A stretch of 64,000 bases of DNA from an uncultured delta proteobacterium. GTDB taxonomy: Bacteria > Desulfobacterota > Desulfuromonadia > Desulfuromonadales > JACZKF01. Under the pieces are notes generated by a model, which made no database searches, was not told where the DNA came from, and saw only the letters and a list, made by a program, of their open reading frames with translations. The stretch lies in NCBI GenBank assembly GCA_963816395.1, contig CAWFKQ010000016.1, positions 710,274 to 774,273 of the forward strand, given 5' to 3'. Below, in pieces: positions 21,307-31,104 of the stretch (its first letter is position 1; every line of letters begins with the position of its first letter). A program made the translations under genes and the position numbers.

Positions 21307-23134
21307 CTACCTGTACCCCTGCGCCTGCAGCGTAAACAGCTGCGCGTACTGCCCCCCCTGCGCCATCAGCTCCTCGTGGCTGCCCTGTTCCACCACCGTC
21401 CCGTCCCGCAGGACGATGATCTGGTCCGCCATGCGCACCGTGGAGAAGCGGTGCGAGATGAGGATGGTCATCCGGCCGCCGCAGAGGTCGCGGAAATGCT
21501 CGTAGAGGGTCGCCTCGGCCTTGGCGTCCATGGTGGCGGTCGGCTCGTCGAGGACCAGGATGTCGGCCCGCACGCGCATGAAAGCGCGGGAGAGGGCGAT
21601 CTTCTGCCACTGGCCGCCGGAGAGCTCGCGCCCCCCCTTGAACCAGCGCCCGAGCAGGGTGTCGTAGCCGGCCGGCATGGCGTCGATGAAGGGGGCGGCC
21701 ATCCCCTTGCCGGCGGCCTCGCGCCAGCGCTCCCGGTCCTCGAAATGCGCCACGTCGCCGGCGCCGATGTTCTCCCCCACCAGGAACTGGTAGCGGCCGA
21801 AGTCCTGGAAGATGACGCCGATGCGCTGGCGCAGCGTCGCCGCTCTCCCACTGCTGCAGGTCGAGGCCGTCGAGGAGGATCCGCCCGGCGTCGGGGGTGT
21901 AGAGGCGGGTCAGCAGCTTGATCAGGGTGGTCTTCCCCGAGCCGTTCTCGCCGACCAGGGCCAGGCTCTCCCCGGGGCGCAGGTGCAGGGTGACCTCGCG
22001 CAGGGCCGGCGCCTCGCCGCCGGGATAGGTGAAGCTGACGCGCTCGAAGCGCACCCCGTCCCCCGGGTCGGGGCCGGCGGTCAGGCGGCCGGCCGGTTGC
22101 GGCACCTCCTGCTCCAGGTACTCGTAGAGATTGGAGAGGTAGAGGTTGTCCTCGTACATGCCGCTGATCGCCGAGAGGCTGGCCGAGACCGCCGACTGCC
22201 CCTGCTTGAAGAGCATCAGGTACATCGTCATCTGGCCGAGGCTGATCGCCCCCTGGACCGCGGAGACGGCGATCCAGGCGTAGGCGCCGTAGAAGGCGGC
22301 GGTGCCGATCAGGCCGAGGACGAACCCCCAGGAGTCGCGGCGCAGGGTCAGGCTTTTGTCCTCGGCGAAGATCCGGGCGAAGATGTCGCGGTAGCGCTGC
22401 AGCAGCTTGGGGCCGAGGCGGTAGAGCTTGACCTCCTTGGCGTAGTCCTCCCGGGCGAGGACGGTCTCGATGTACATCTGCATGCGCGAGTCGGGGGAGC
22501 GCCAGCGGAAGAGGCGGAATTTGTCGCCGGAATATTTGGCCTCGACGAGGAACTCGGGAAAGCCGGCGAGTCCGAGCACAATTACGGCCCAGGGGGAGAA
22601 CTGGATCAGCAGGGCGGCGTAGCTGAGCAGAGAGATGGCGTTCTGCACCAGGCCGAAGGTGCGGGTGACCAGGCTCAGGGGGCGGACCGAGGCCTCGCGG
22701 CGGGCGCGGGTGAGCTTGTCGTAGAACTCCGAATCCTCGAAGTGCGAGAGGCGCAGGGTGAGCGCCTTCTCCAGGATCATCACGTTGATCCGCTGCCCCA
22801 TCAGCGCCCGCAGGAGCGCCTGGCAGGTGGCGATGCCGCGCTGGGCGGCGGCGAGGGCGGCTACAATCCCCGCCTCCATGGCAACGAAGAGCAGGACCCG
22901 CCCGGCCTCGGTGGCGCCGGTCTGCCGGTGCACCTCCATGGCGGCGACCACCGCGTCGACGATCAGCTTCCCCACCCAGGCCGCCGCCGCCGGCAGCACC
23001 CCGGCCGCCAGAGTCAGCAGCGCCAGCCCGAGAGTCAGGCCGCGGCTGGTCGACCAGACCAGCTCCAGCGCCCGGCGGCTGTAGCGGAAGATGCCGACGA
23101 AGCGCCGCGGCAGGTCGGTATCGTCATATCCCAA
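21307..23134 (-). CDS. ABC exporter, fused permease and ATPase (frameshift near 21845)
   Basis: TM domain; GENGSGKTT; LSGGQWQKIALSRA; LVLDEPT; ISHRFST. Confidence 0.92.
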
Positions 23135-23165
23135 TCGTATCGTTTCATCTTAAACACCGCAGTTG

Positions 23166-23293
23166 ATCACGCAACGCCGCAACGAACGCAACGAAATCAA
23201 AATCTACATCCTGGAGGCTCTCACCCGGCAGGCAAGAAAATCTATTTCTGATAACCTTTTGACGTCGTGTTACGTCGCGTTCGTCGCGTGAGA
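23166..23293. repeat. Imperfect long inverted repeat built from 8-9-nt tandem units
   Basis: Left arm TCACGCAACGCCGCAACGAACGCAACG..TCAAAA pairs with right arm TTTTGACGTCGTGTTACGTCGCGTTCGTCGCGTGA. Confidence 0.65.
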
Positions 23294-23506
23294 CTGCTTT
23301 TTCCAGGTTCATCCGCTCTCGGCAGAGAGTTGATCATTCCGGCCAATCCTATACTGAAATGGGCCGGGGGGGAACTGCCTGTGAGCGCGGGAGACAACCT
23401 CCGGGATATCCAGGAAACAGTATTAAAAGGCATGTAAGTAGTTGAAAGGGGGTTTCTTTTTTTTGTCAAGTCCGGATAGAATGCCCCTGTGTCTACAGCT
23501 TTCGTC

Positions 23507-24427
23507 ATGGAGTACTCAGAACATATGTCCCGGATGCTTTTCAGAAAATCGTTGGTGTTTCTCTTCCTGCTTTCGTTTCTCTCACCGGTGTTTCCCTCGC
23601 CTGCTGCGGCATCGGTGGAGTATGAAAGCCGGCCGAACGCCCTGGCCGATGTCCCGTTCGAGATCTTTTCCCGGGAAAAGGACGGGCTTCTGGTGGCGGA
23701 GATCAGTGGAAAACTCGATTATCCTTTCAGCCGGATCAGCAATGCGCTGGCCCGCCCCCAAACCTGGTGCGAATTTCTGCCCCTGGTTTTCAACATCAAA
23801 TCCTGCACCCATGAAGGGGAAGGGGAAAGTACCTTTCTCAATCTTTACGTCGGGCGCAAGTTCTACGAAACGCCCGAGGAGGCCATCCGCCTGGAGTACC
23901 TGTTCCGGGTGAGGGAGCAGGAACATGACCGCCTCCGGGTGTCCCTTTTTGCTCCCGATGGCCCGTATGGAACCCGGGATTACCGCATCGAGCTGGAGGC
24001 CCGGCCGACGGCGGACGGCAGAACCGCCATCCGGATGCACTCATCCTTTCGCCCCAGCCTGCGCAGCGAACTGGCGACCCGGATCTATCTTTCGACGGTC
24101 GCGCAGGACAAGGTCGGTTTCAGCGTGGAGGAACGGACGGCGGACGGCCCGGTTTACGTGGGCGGGATGAAGGGAATCATCGAGCGCAATGCCATGCGCT
24201 ACTACCTGGCCCTCAAGGCGTTTCTCGACACCATGCAGCTGCCCGAGGAACAGCGGTTCGAGGCTCGGCTGCAGGCCTGGTACGGGATGACCGAGAAGTA
24301 CCCGCGCCAGCTGCACGAGATGGGGGAAAAGGAATACCTGGAAGCCAAGCGACGGGAGCGGCAGCAGCAGGTGAAGCTGCAGAAGGAGATTGCTGGGGGA
24401 ACTAACGGCGTCGCCCTTGGAAGTTAG
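23507..24427 (+). CDS. Exported hypothetical protein (possibly START/SRPBCC-like)
   Basis: Signal-like segment LVFLFLLSFLSPVFPSPAAA; WCEFLPLVFNIKSC; GIIERNAMRYYLA; host-like codon usage. The fold call is a guess. Confidence 0.7.
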   Translation: MEYSEHMSRMLFRKSLVFLFLLSFLSPVFPSPAAASVEYESRPNALADVPFEIFSREKDGLLVAEISGKLDYPFSRISNALARPQTWCEFLPLVFNIKSCTHEGEGESTFLNLYVGRKFYETPEEAIRLEYLFRVREQEHDRLRVSLFAPDGPYGTRDYRIELEARPTADGRTAIRMHSSFRPSLRSELATRIYLSTVAQDKVGFSVEERTADGPVYVGGMKGIIERNAMRYYLALKAFLDTMQLPEEQRFEARLQAWYGMTEKYPRQLHEMGEKEYLEAKRRERQQQVKLQKEIAGGTNGVALGS

Positions 24428-24489
24428 GCCGGGATAAGGCAGTTTTTCCATTCCCGGCGGAATCGCTCCATTACCTCGCTTGCACCTAT

Positions 24490-24517
24490 ATTATGACTAT
24501 GCTAGTGTGGTCATAAT
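24490..24517. promoter_or_regulatory. Palindromic operator of the phd-vapC module
   Basis: ATTATGAC-N12-GTCATAAT just upstream of the antitoxin SD, preceded by TTGCAC. Confidence 0.6.
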
Positions 24518-24535
24518 TGAAAGTGGAGGTGGAGT

Positions 24536-24769
24536 ATGCCTAAAACCATATCAAAATCCCAGTTCAAGCCGCATTCCCTGGAGTATTTCCGCAAGATCGA
24601 GCAGACCGGTGAGGAGTTGGTGATCACCGACCATGGCCGTCCGGTCCTCAAGGTTACCCCCTATGTGGCGGATCCCGAGGAGTGTTTCCGGGGTCTGCGT
24701 AACACCGTGCTGAAATATGATGCTCCCCTGGAGCCGGTAGGGGTAGAAGACTGGGAGTCGCTGAAGTGA
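24536..24769 (+). CDS. Phd/YefM-family antitoxin
   Basis: ISKSQFK...YFRKIEQTGEELVITDHGRPV; overlaps the toxin start (GTGA). Confidence 0.88.
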   Translation: MPKTISKSQFKPHSLEYFRKIEQTGEELVITDHGRPVLKVTPYVADPEECFRGLRNTVLKYDAPLEPVGVEDWESLK

Positions 24770-25161
24770 TCGTGCTTGATACCCACATTCTACTCTGGTG
24801 GGTTAACGACCCCACAACCTTGAGCAAACCGGCAAAAAAGGCGATTGATGCAGCTGTGAAGTCAAAGGCGGTACAAGTATCCTGCATCAGTTCCTGGGAA
24901 ATAGCATTGCTTGTGGAGCGAGGCCGACTGCGGCTTGCTCTGGATGTCCGCGACTGGCTCTGCCGCTGCGAAGCTCTGCCCTTTCTCACCTTTATGCCGG
25001 TAAGCAACGCCATTGCCGTCCAATCCGTCAGGCTGCCGGACTTCCCGCACGCCGATCCGGCCGACCGGATCATTGCCGCCACCGCTTTGTCACTCGGCGC
25101 GGCGCTGGTGACAAAGGACGATAAGCTGCGAAATTATCCCCACCTGAAAACGATCTGGTAA
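24766..25161 (+). CDS. vapC: VapC-family PIN-domain toxin
   Basis: VLDTHILLWW, ISSWEI, HADPADRIIAATA, LVTKD. Confidence 0.92.
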   Translation: MIVLDTHILLWWVNDPTTLSKPAKKAIDAAVKSKAVQVSCISSWEIALLVERGRLRLALDVRDWLCRCEALPFLTFMPVSNAIAVQSVRLPDFPHADPADRIIAATALSLGAALVTKDDKLRNYPHLKTIW

Positions 25162-25183
25162 GAAGGAAGCGGAAAAAACACCA

Positions 25184-25630
25184 TTGTGTGACTTGAATAC
25201 CTCGCCGCGCGCCGCGATATTCCGACTATCCATCCTCCTCCTGGCAACGTGTGCCATTGCCTGTGGCTGGGAGGCATCCAATAATGCCGATTCTAGGCAG
25301 GTCACCGGCCGCATAGTCAAAGTGGAGCGCGTATTTGGCGGAAGAGGGGGGGATAACAGGGAATTCACTATCCGTTATGGCGTACAGGGGAAGGACTATT
25401 ATCTTGTCTCCCGGCGTGGAATTCTGGATTCGCTTGGCAGCCTTCAGGATTTGCGCAGAGGAGACAGCGTGCCATTGTCGGTGAGTTCGAAACCGCCTTA
25501 TAGAGCGGTTTTTGCAACTCTCAGCGGCCGTTATCCGATCTCACTATGTTTTTTCGTGCTCACCGCTGTTTTCATCGTGGTCGTTGCCATCTCGGTGTTC
25601 ACCAGAGGGCTGTCGGTTTCGCGATCATAA
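25184..25630 (+). CDS. Hypothetical two-TM membrane protein (DUF3592-like architecture)
   Basis: TM segment, beta-rich segment (VTGRIVKV...IRYGVQGKDY), then TM; lower GC than the host. Confidence 0.55.
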   Translation: MCDLNTSPRAAIFRLSILLLATCAIACGWEASNNADSRQVTGRIVKVERVFGGRGGDNREFTIRYGVQGKDYYLVSRRGILDSLGSLQDLRRGDSVPLSVSSKPPYRAVFATLSGRYPISLCFFVLTAVFIVVVAISVFTRGLSVSRS

Positions 25631-25724
25631 CCCCAGCGGATTCTTCCGGAGTTGCATTGGAGAAAACGCGGCGGCTCCGGTGGAAAAACTTACTCCATAC
25701 CGCCGCGTTTCAGCCTCCAGCCGT

Positions 25725-26468
25725 TCAGATCGACCTGTCCTCGAGCAAATCCTCCGGTACGGTGACCTGCTGCTTCTGCAGCCGCTTGTAGTAGAAGTTC
25801 TGCCCGTATAAGACGGCAGCGGGATTGTGGCCGGTGACGCGGTCCTTGGTCACCAGGGTGGTCACCGGCGCCTCGGAGTACTTGGCGAAGAGCATGTCAT
25901 GGCCGACGCAGAGACCGACGATGATGTTCATGTCGGTCTTCTCCCGGTTGAGCAGCTGTGCCTGGGCGATGGGGTTGCAGGCGGGCTCGAAGGTGCCGGG
26001 GCGCACCTTGTACTTCTCGTCGATCCCCAGCGACAGCTTGTCGATGCTCCCCGCCTTGCAGCACACCGAACGCGGGTCGAACCCCTGGGCGCGCAGGATG
26101 TCGGAAAGGCGGTTCGATTCGTCGAGCAGGCCGACGCAGGTGCCGATGCCGATCTTCTTCCAGCCCATCAGCTTGGCCAGGGCGATGGTGTCTTCCACCC
26201 GCGTCCAGCGGGCATTGACGGCGTCCGATCCGGGGACCGGCTGGTAGCAGAGCCCCTCGACCACCGCCGCCACCCGCGCCAGGCGGGCGTCGGCATCGCT
26301 GCCGGTGTAGCGGCGGAACGATTCGTCGATGACCTCGGCTTCGCGCTCCGAGGGGCAGTAGCCGGGGCGGGGTGGGCGGTTCTGCGGATCGGCCCAGCAG
26401 CTGGTGGTACCTTGTTTCTGCCAGACGGCGCTGCATCTGGCACAGGCGAGGGGGGTCTCTTCCGACAT
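25725..26468 (-). CDS. DUF1847-family metal-binding protein
   Basis: WTRVED, KKIGIGTCVGL, SVCCKAGSIDK, CNPIAQA, GLCVGHD, TKDRVTGHNP. Confidence 0.88.
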   Translation of the reverse strand: MSEETPLACARCSAVWQKQGTTSCWADPQNRPPRPGYCPSEREAEVIDESFRRYTGSDADARLARVAAVVEGLCYQPVPGSDAVNARWTRVEDTIALAKLMGWKKIGIGTCVGLLDESNRLSDILRAQGFDPRSVCCKAGSIDKLSLGIDEKYKVRPGTFEPACNPIAQAQLLNREKTDMNIIVGLCVGHDMLFAKYSEAPVTTLVTKDRVTGHNPAAVLYGQNFYYKRLQKQQVTVPEDLLEDRSI

Positions 26469-26481
26469 GGCGCGGCTCCTT

Positions 26482-26778
26482 TTATTGCAGGGGAACGGAC
26501 GGGTCCTGGATCAGGACATAAGGCTGGACGATCAGTATGCGAAAGCGCCGGGTGGTCTCGGCGTTCCAGGCGCCGATCTGCTCCAGGCTCGGTTTGCTCA
26601 TTCTGCCGTCGGCGATCCAGGCGGATACCGCCGCCGCGTCGTCGGCGGCAATGCAGGCCGCCGCTTCGGCGAGATCGAGTTCCGGGGCGACAATGATCAC
26701 CGCGTCGCGCTCCAGATGCAGGCGCAGCCAGTGCCATTCGACTTCTTCGATCCGGGCCGGCGCGTTTTCTTTATTCAT
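26482..26778 (-). CDS. DUF2288-family protein
   Basis: VEWHWLRLHLERDAVIIV..LDL...IAADD...V..WI...LIVQPYVLIQ. Confidence 0.85.
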   Translation of the reverse strand: MNKENAPARIEEVEWHWLRLHLERDAVIIVAPELDLAEAAACIAADDAAAVSAWIADGRMSKPSLEQIGAWNAETTRRFRILIVQPYVLIQDPSVPLQ

Positions 26779-26877
26779 GGCAAGCCTCCGGGGCCTCCGG
26801 GCGGGCGTTTGGGGACATTGGAGAAAAACATATTGGAAACCCTATATCATTCGATAAAAGGCGTCAAGCTTCACCGA

Positions 26878-28560
26878 CTACCCCACCCAGTCCTCCGGTG
26901 AAAAGAGCATCTCCACCGCTTTTTTTCCAGGCGGCACCATGGGGAAGCAGTAGCAGTCCGGATCGATCGCCACTTCTATCACTGCCGGTCCGGGAACCGC
27001 CATTGCCTGGGCCAGGGCGCCGGCCAGTTCCTCCCGCCGCCGTACCTTGAAGCCCGGCACCCCGAACCCCCGCGCCACCAGGCAGAAGTCCACGAAGCCG
27101 GCCAGGCAGGTGGCGCTGAAGCGATTCTTCAGGAAGACCTTCTGGAACTGCCGCACCATCCCCAGTTTGCCGTTGTTCAGCACCACCGACTTCACCGGGA
27201 TGCCATAGTGGGCGCAGGTGCCGAGTTCCTGGATGTTCATCTGGAAGGCGCCGTCACCGGCGATGGCGAACACGGTCCGTCCCGGGTTGCCCAGGGCCGC
27301 GCCCACCGCCGCCGGCAGGGCATAGCCCATCGTCCCCAGGCCGCCGCTGGTGAGGTAGCGGCGCGGTCCGGCGAAGCCGAAGTAATGGGCGGTCCACATC
27401 TGCGACAGGCCGACATCGGAGGCGACGATCGGCGCCGGGCCGCCGGCGGCGGCCACCGCCTCGAGAATTTCGTGCGGGGCGATGTCGTCCCGCTGCGGCC
27501 GGGGCAGGGGAGCTTCCGCCTGCCATCGGCCGATCTGCGCCAGCCATTCCCCCCGCTCCCGCGGCTCAACCAGTTCGGCCAGCGCCGCCAGGGCCGTTCG
27601 GGCGTCGCCGACAATCGGCAGCGCCGCGTTGAGCACCTTGTGAATGGTCGACGGATCGATGTCGATGTGGATGATGCTGGCATTGGGGGCGAAACCATCC
27701 AGATGGCCGGTCACCCGGTCGTCGAAGCGGGCACCGACCGCCAGCAGGCAGTCGCACTCGTGCACGGCCTTATTCGCATACCAGGCCCCGTACATGCCGA
27801 GCATGCCGACTGACAGGGGAGAAGAAGGATCCATCACCCCTATCCCCATCAGGGTATGGGTGACCGGCAGCGAGCCCTTTTCGGCCAGGGCGCGCAGTTC
27901 CTCGGCCGCCTCGCCCAGGACCACCCCGCCGCCGGCCAGGATCAGCGGGCGCTTGGCTTTTTTGAGCATGGCCGCCGCCCGTTTCAGCTGCTGATGGTTG
28001 AGCCGGGGCATCTCCCTGTAACCGCGCCGGTCGACCGTCGCGGGGATAACGGGCGTGGTCCGGGCCGCCAGCACGTCGCCCGGCAGATCGACCAGCACCG
28101 GGCCAGGGCGGCGGGTGCGGGCGATATGGAAGGCCTCGCGGATGACCCGGGCGAGGTCTTTGACGTCCGTCACCAGGAAATTGTGCTTGGTGATCGGCCG
28201 GGTGATGCCGATCATGTCCGCTTCCTGGAAGGAGTCATTCCCCATGTCGGTGGTCGACACCTGACAGGTCAGGGCGACCATCGGCACCGAGTCCATGTGG
28301 GCGGTGGCGATGCCGGTCACCAGGTTGGTGGCCCCCGGCCCGGAGGTGGTCAGGCAGACCCCGACTTTACCGGTGGTGCGGGCATAGCCGTCGGCGGCGT
28401 GCGCCGCTCCCTGCTCATGGCGGACCAGGATGTGGCGGATGGCCGGCTCGTCGAGCAGGGCGTCGTGGACGTGCAGGGTTTTGGCCCCGGGATAGCCGAA
28501 GATGATGTCCACCCCCTCCATTTTCAGACAATCGAGCAGGATCTGGGCTCCGTTCTTCAT
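26878..28560 (-). CDS. ilvB: Acetolactate synthase large subunit, biosynthetic type
   Basis: LVRHEQGAAHAADGYAR, TSGPGATN, FQEAD, GARFDDRVTG, SGGLGTMGYALP, GDGAFQMN, LGMVRQFQ. Confidence 0.93.
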   Translation of the reverse strand: MKNGAQILLDCLKMEGVDIIFGYPGAKTLHVHDALLDEPAIRHILVRHEQGAAHAADGYARTTGKVGVCLTTSGPGATNLVTGIATAHMDSVPMVALTCQVSTTDMGNDSFQEADMIGITRPITKHNFLVTDVKDLARVIREAFHIARTRRPGPVLVDLPGDVLAARTTPVIPATVDRRGYREMPRLNHQQLKRAAAMLKKAKRPLILAGGGVVLGEAAEELRALAEKGSLPVTHTLMGIGVMDPSSPLSVGMLGMYGAWYANKAVHECDCLLAVGARFDDRVTGHLDGFAPNASIIHIDIDPSTIHKVLNAALPIVGDARTALAALAELVEPRERGEWLAQIGRWQAEAPLPRPQRDDIAPHEILEAVAAAGGPAPIVASDVGLSQMWTAHYFGFAGPRRYLTSGGLGTMGYALPAAVGAALGNPGRTVFAIAGDGAFQMNIQELGTCAHYGIPVKSVVLNNGKLGMVRQFQKVFLKNRFSATCLAGFVDFCLVARGFGVPGFKVRRREELAGALAQAMAVPGPAVIEVAIDPDCYCFPMVPPGKKAVEMLFSPEDWVG

Positions 28561-28597
28561 GGTTGTTCCTCCTGTGCTGGGATTGGGTTCTCGGTCC

Positions 28598-28637
28598 AAA
28601 AACGCAACAGGCCGCGGGGGGTGCCCCGCGGCCTGTT
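28598..28637 (-). terminator. Intrinsic terminator in the ilvB leader (distal hairpin)
   Basis: 14-bp stem AACAGGCCGCGGGG/CCCCGCGGCCTGTT followed on the minus strand by GCGTTTTT. Confidence 0.75.
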
Positions 28638-28655
28638 CATCTGCTGCTGCAGACG

Positions 28656-28683
28656 AAAAGAGCGCGGGCCGTGGCCCGCGCTC
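28656..28683 (-). terminator. Attenuator terminator hairpin in the ilvB leader
   Basis: GAGCGCGGGCC-AC-GGCCCGCGCTC followed by TTTT on the minus strand. Confidence 0.75.
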
Positions 28684-28721
28684 CGTTCATTATCCGTATG
28701 GATTCCGGCAGCGGCGAGCCG

Positions 28722-28784
28722 TCACGAGGTGACGACTACTACGACTACCGGTACCAGATTCATGGCGGAAAAAGCATCAAACAT
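28722..28784 (-). CDS. Valine-rich attenuator leader peptide MFDAFSAMNLVPVVVVVVTS
   Basis: GGGAG SD just upstream of the ATG; 7 Val codons, 6 of them consecutive; followed by an antiterminator and terminators, then ilvB. Confidence 0.85.
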   Translation of the reverse strand: MFDAFSAMNLVPVVVVVVTS

Positions 28785-28943
28785 CGTTTTCTCCCTGTTC
28801 GGGTCAAGATAACCGAGGAAAACGGGAGTGTCAAGAGGCAAAAAGGAGGGAATGGGAGTGGGTGAAATCCACAACCAAAATTCTTTTTGACGAACGCAGT
28901 CCAACATGTGCCTGCGGCACCCCGAACGATGAAAACCAGGATC

Positions 28944-29052
28944 TTAACGCTAAGTCGCAAAGGGAAATGAAAGTCGCAAAGGATGTAAAACGAACAGTCT
29001 TACGGATTTTCTCTGCGCCTTGGTTCTCAGCTTTGCGTCTTTGCGTTATCCG
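28944..29052. repeat. Imperfect inverted repeat of xCGCAAAG-type units
   Basis: TAACGCTAAGTCGCAAAG...GTCGCAAAG pairs with CTCTGCG...CTTTGCGTCTTTGCGTTA. Confidence 0.6.
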
Positions 29053-29219
29053 TTTTTTTCAGGGCCGAACTTTTTCAGGATCAGATAAAGGCGGATTCAC
29101 ACAGATAAAACCTCTTCTTGTCTGTTTAACCCGTATTTATATTTTCTTGACCATTGGCAAGGTATCGCCGAAGGTTAGACTTTCAATATCGGTTTTTTAC
29201 AGGATGAAGGAGGATCGGC

Positions 29220-29618
29220 ATGCCGCATCTGCAGTTCGAAATGAATTTTGCCATTCCGGAGCCGGAAAAGAAAACCTTCGCCGAGCAGGTGAAGGCGCAT
29301 TTCGCCGCCGTCATGGACACCGGGACCGACCACATCGCCGTCACCATCCGCTGCTACGGCAGGCATGACCTGGCTTTCGGCCGGGCCACCGATCCCAACG
29401 ACGGCATCGCCTTCATCAATGCCGATATCCGCGGCGGCCGGACCAGCGAGCAGAAGCGGCGCCTGTCCCTCGCCTTCATCGACGAGATCCATCGCCGCTT
29501 CCGGGTGCCGCGGCAGAACATGTACGTGATCCTGACCGAACATGCCGGCGAGCATTTCCAGCTGCACGACCGTGTCCTGCCGGGATGGTCGGAAGGGGAG
29601 GACCCCCTGGCGGATTGA
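29220..29618 (+). CDS. Tautomerase superfamily protein (double beta-alpha-beta)
   Basis: N-terminal Pro (MPHLQ), GGRTSEQKRRL, NMYVILTEH; AGGAGG SD. Confidence 0.82.
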   Translation: MPHLQFEMNFAIPEPEKKTFAEQVKAHFAAVMDTGTDHIAVTIRCYGRHDLAFGRATDPNDGIAFINADIRGGRTSEQKRRLSLAFIDEIHRRFRVPRQNMYVILTEHAGEHFQLHDRVLPGWSEGEDPLAD

Positions 29619-29619
29619 G

Positions 29620-30441
29620 TCAGTCGAGAAAGAGGTCGGGGAGCAGCGTTTCTCCCGGCTGCACCGCATAGCGGTCGAGATCGGTGATCCCCGCCTGCGC
29701 CAGCACCTCCTCGTCGATGAAGAAGTTGCCGGTGCAGCTGCGGCTGTCGCGGGTCAGGACGGCATGGGCGGCGTCGGCGAGGACCTGCGGCGTACGGCAC
29801 TGCTCGGGACGGACCTGGCCGCCGAGCATCGCCAGGGCGGCGGTGGCGATGACCGTGCGCGGCCAGAGGGCGTTGACCGCCACTCCCGCCGTCCGGAATT
29901 CCTCCGCCATGCCGAGTACGCACATGCTCATGCCGTATTTCGCCATGGTGTAGGCGACATGGTCTTTGAACCAGCGGGGATGCAGGTTGAGCGGCGGGGC
30001 GAGATTGAGGATGTGCGGGTTGGCCGCCCGGCACAGGTGAGGCAGGCAGGCCTGGGAGCAGGCATAGGTGCCGCGGACGTTGACCGCGAACATCAGGTCG
30101 AAGCGCTTCAGCGGCGTTTCCAGGGTGCCGGTCAGACTGATCGCACTGGCGTTGTTGACCAGGATGTCGATGCCGCCGAATGCCGCCACCGCCTGCTCCA
30201 CGGCCCGCTGAATCTGCTCCTCATCGCGGATGTCGGTCGGCACCGGCAGTGCCCGGCCGCCGGCCGCCTCGATCTCCTCGGCCGCCGAATAGATGGTTCC
30301 GGGCAGCCGCTCGCGCGATCGCACCGATTTGGCCGCGATGACGATATTGGCGCCATCGGCCGCCGCCCGCAGGGCGATGGCTTTGCCGATCCCCCGGCTG
30401 GCGCCGGTGATGAAGAGGGTTTTACCGTTCAGGGATGCCAT
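29620..30441 (-). CDS. Short-chain dehydrogenase (HSDL2-like)
   Basis: ITGASRGIG, DILVNNASAI, YTMAK, NALWPRT, CTGNFFIDEEVL. Confidence 0.92.
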   Translation of the reverse strand: MASLNGKTLFITGASRGIGKAIALRAAADGANIVIAAKSVRSRERLPGTIYSAAEEIEAAGGRALPVPTDIRDEEQIQRAVEQAVAAFGGIDILVNNASAISLTGTLETPLKRFDLMFAVNVRGTYACSQACLPHLCRAANPHILNLAPPLNLHPRWFKDHVAYTMAKYGMSMCVLGMAEEFRTAGVAVNALWPRTVIATAALAMLGGQVRPEQCRTPQVLADAAHAVLTRDSRSCTGNFFIDEEVLAQAGITDLDRYAVQPGETLLPDLFLD

Positions 30442-30517
30442 GTCTGCTCCGTTTCTCCGGATCTTCAACGGTGAACGCCGGCTGGGAAGGGCGGCGGCTG
30501 ACGGCGCCGCTTCTGCT

Positions 30518-30892
30518 TCAGGCGGCCAGAATATTGCGGACGGTGTGCACCAGTTGGTCCGCCGTGAACGGTTTGGCGAGATAGCCATCGGCGCCGGCGC
30601 CGGCACTGATGGCGCGCAGTTCCGGCTCATCCTTGGCGGACATGAGCAGGACCGGGATATGGCTGCTCTTTTCCCGGCGCTTGAGGGCACGGACCTTTTT
30701 CTCTCCCGACATCAGGGGCATCATCAGGTCGAGCAGGATGAGATCGGGGGGGCGGGGGCCGTAGATGAGGTGGTTCGAATAGACACTGCAGGTCGCGGTC
30801 GAGACTTGGTAACCGGCGGCGGCGAGGAAATCACTGACAACTGCGAGGGTTGTCCGGCAGTCATCGATCACGACAATATGCTTCATTTTCAT
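30518..30892 (-). CDS. Single-domain response regulator (CheY-like)
   Basis: VVIDD, DLILLDLMMP, LLMSA, YLAKPF. Confidence 0.9.
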   Translation of the reverse strand: MKMKHIVVIDDCRTTLAVVSDFLAAAGYQVSTATCSVYSNHLIYGPRPPDLILLDLMMPLMSGEKKVRALKRREKSSHIPVLLMSAKDEPELRAISAGAGADGYLAKPFTADQLVHTVRNILAA

Positions 30893-31104
30893 CCCATTTC
30901 TCGCCAATTATAAAACATGGTTTGAATGAGGCATTTTATCCGCTTTTCTGCGTTCGTCCAGTAAAAATTCTCCTGACGTCTCCTTTTCATCCTGCGTATT
31001 CGCGGGAGCAAGATGGCCTCCGGGTGAATGTTCTTGCGGTCTTCCCGCTCCCCATGTTAACAGTGCCCGGGTGCGCGGCGGAGCGGCCGCAGGGGAGAAG
31101 GAAT

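Noticed and set aside
24395..25665. Integron cassette array around the TA pair (GTTAGGC at 24423; TAAC at a stop codon)
   Set aside because: No matching RYYYAAC/GTTRRRY pair with a foldable attC, and no integrase in the window.
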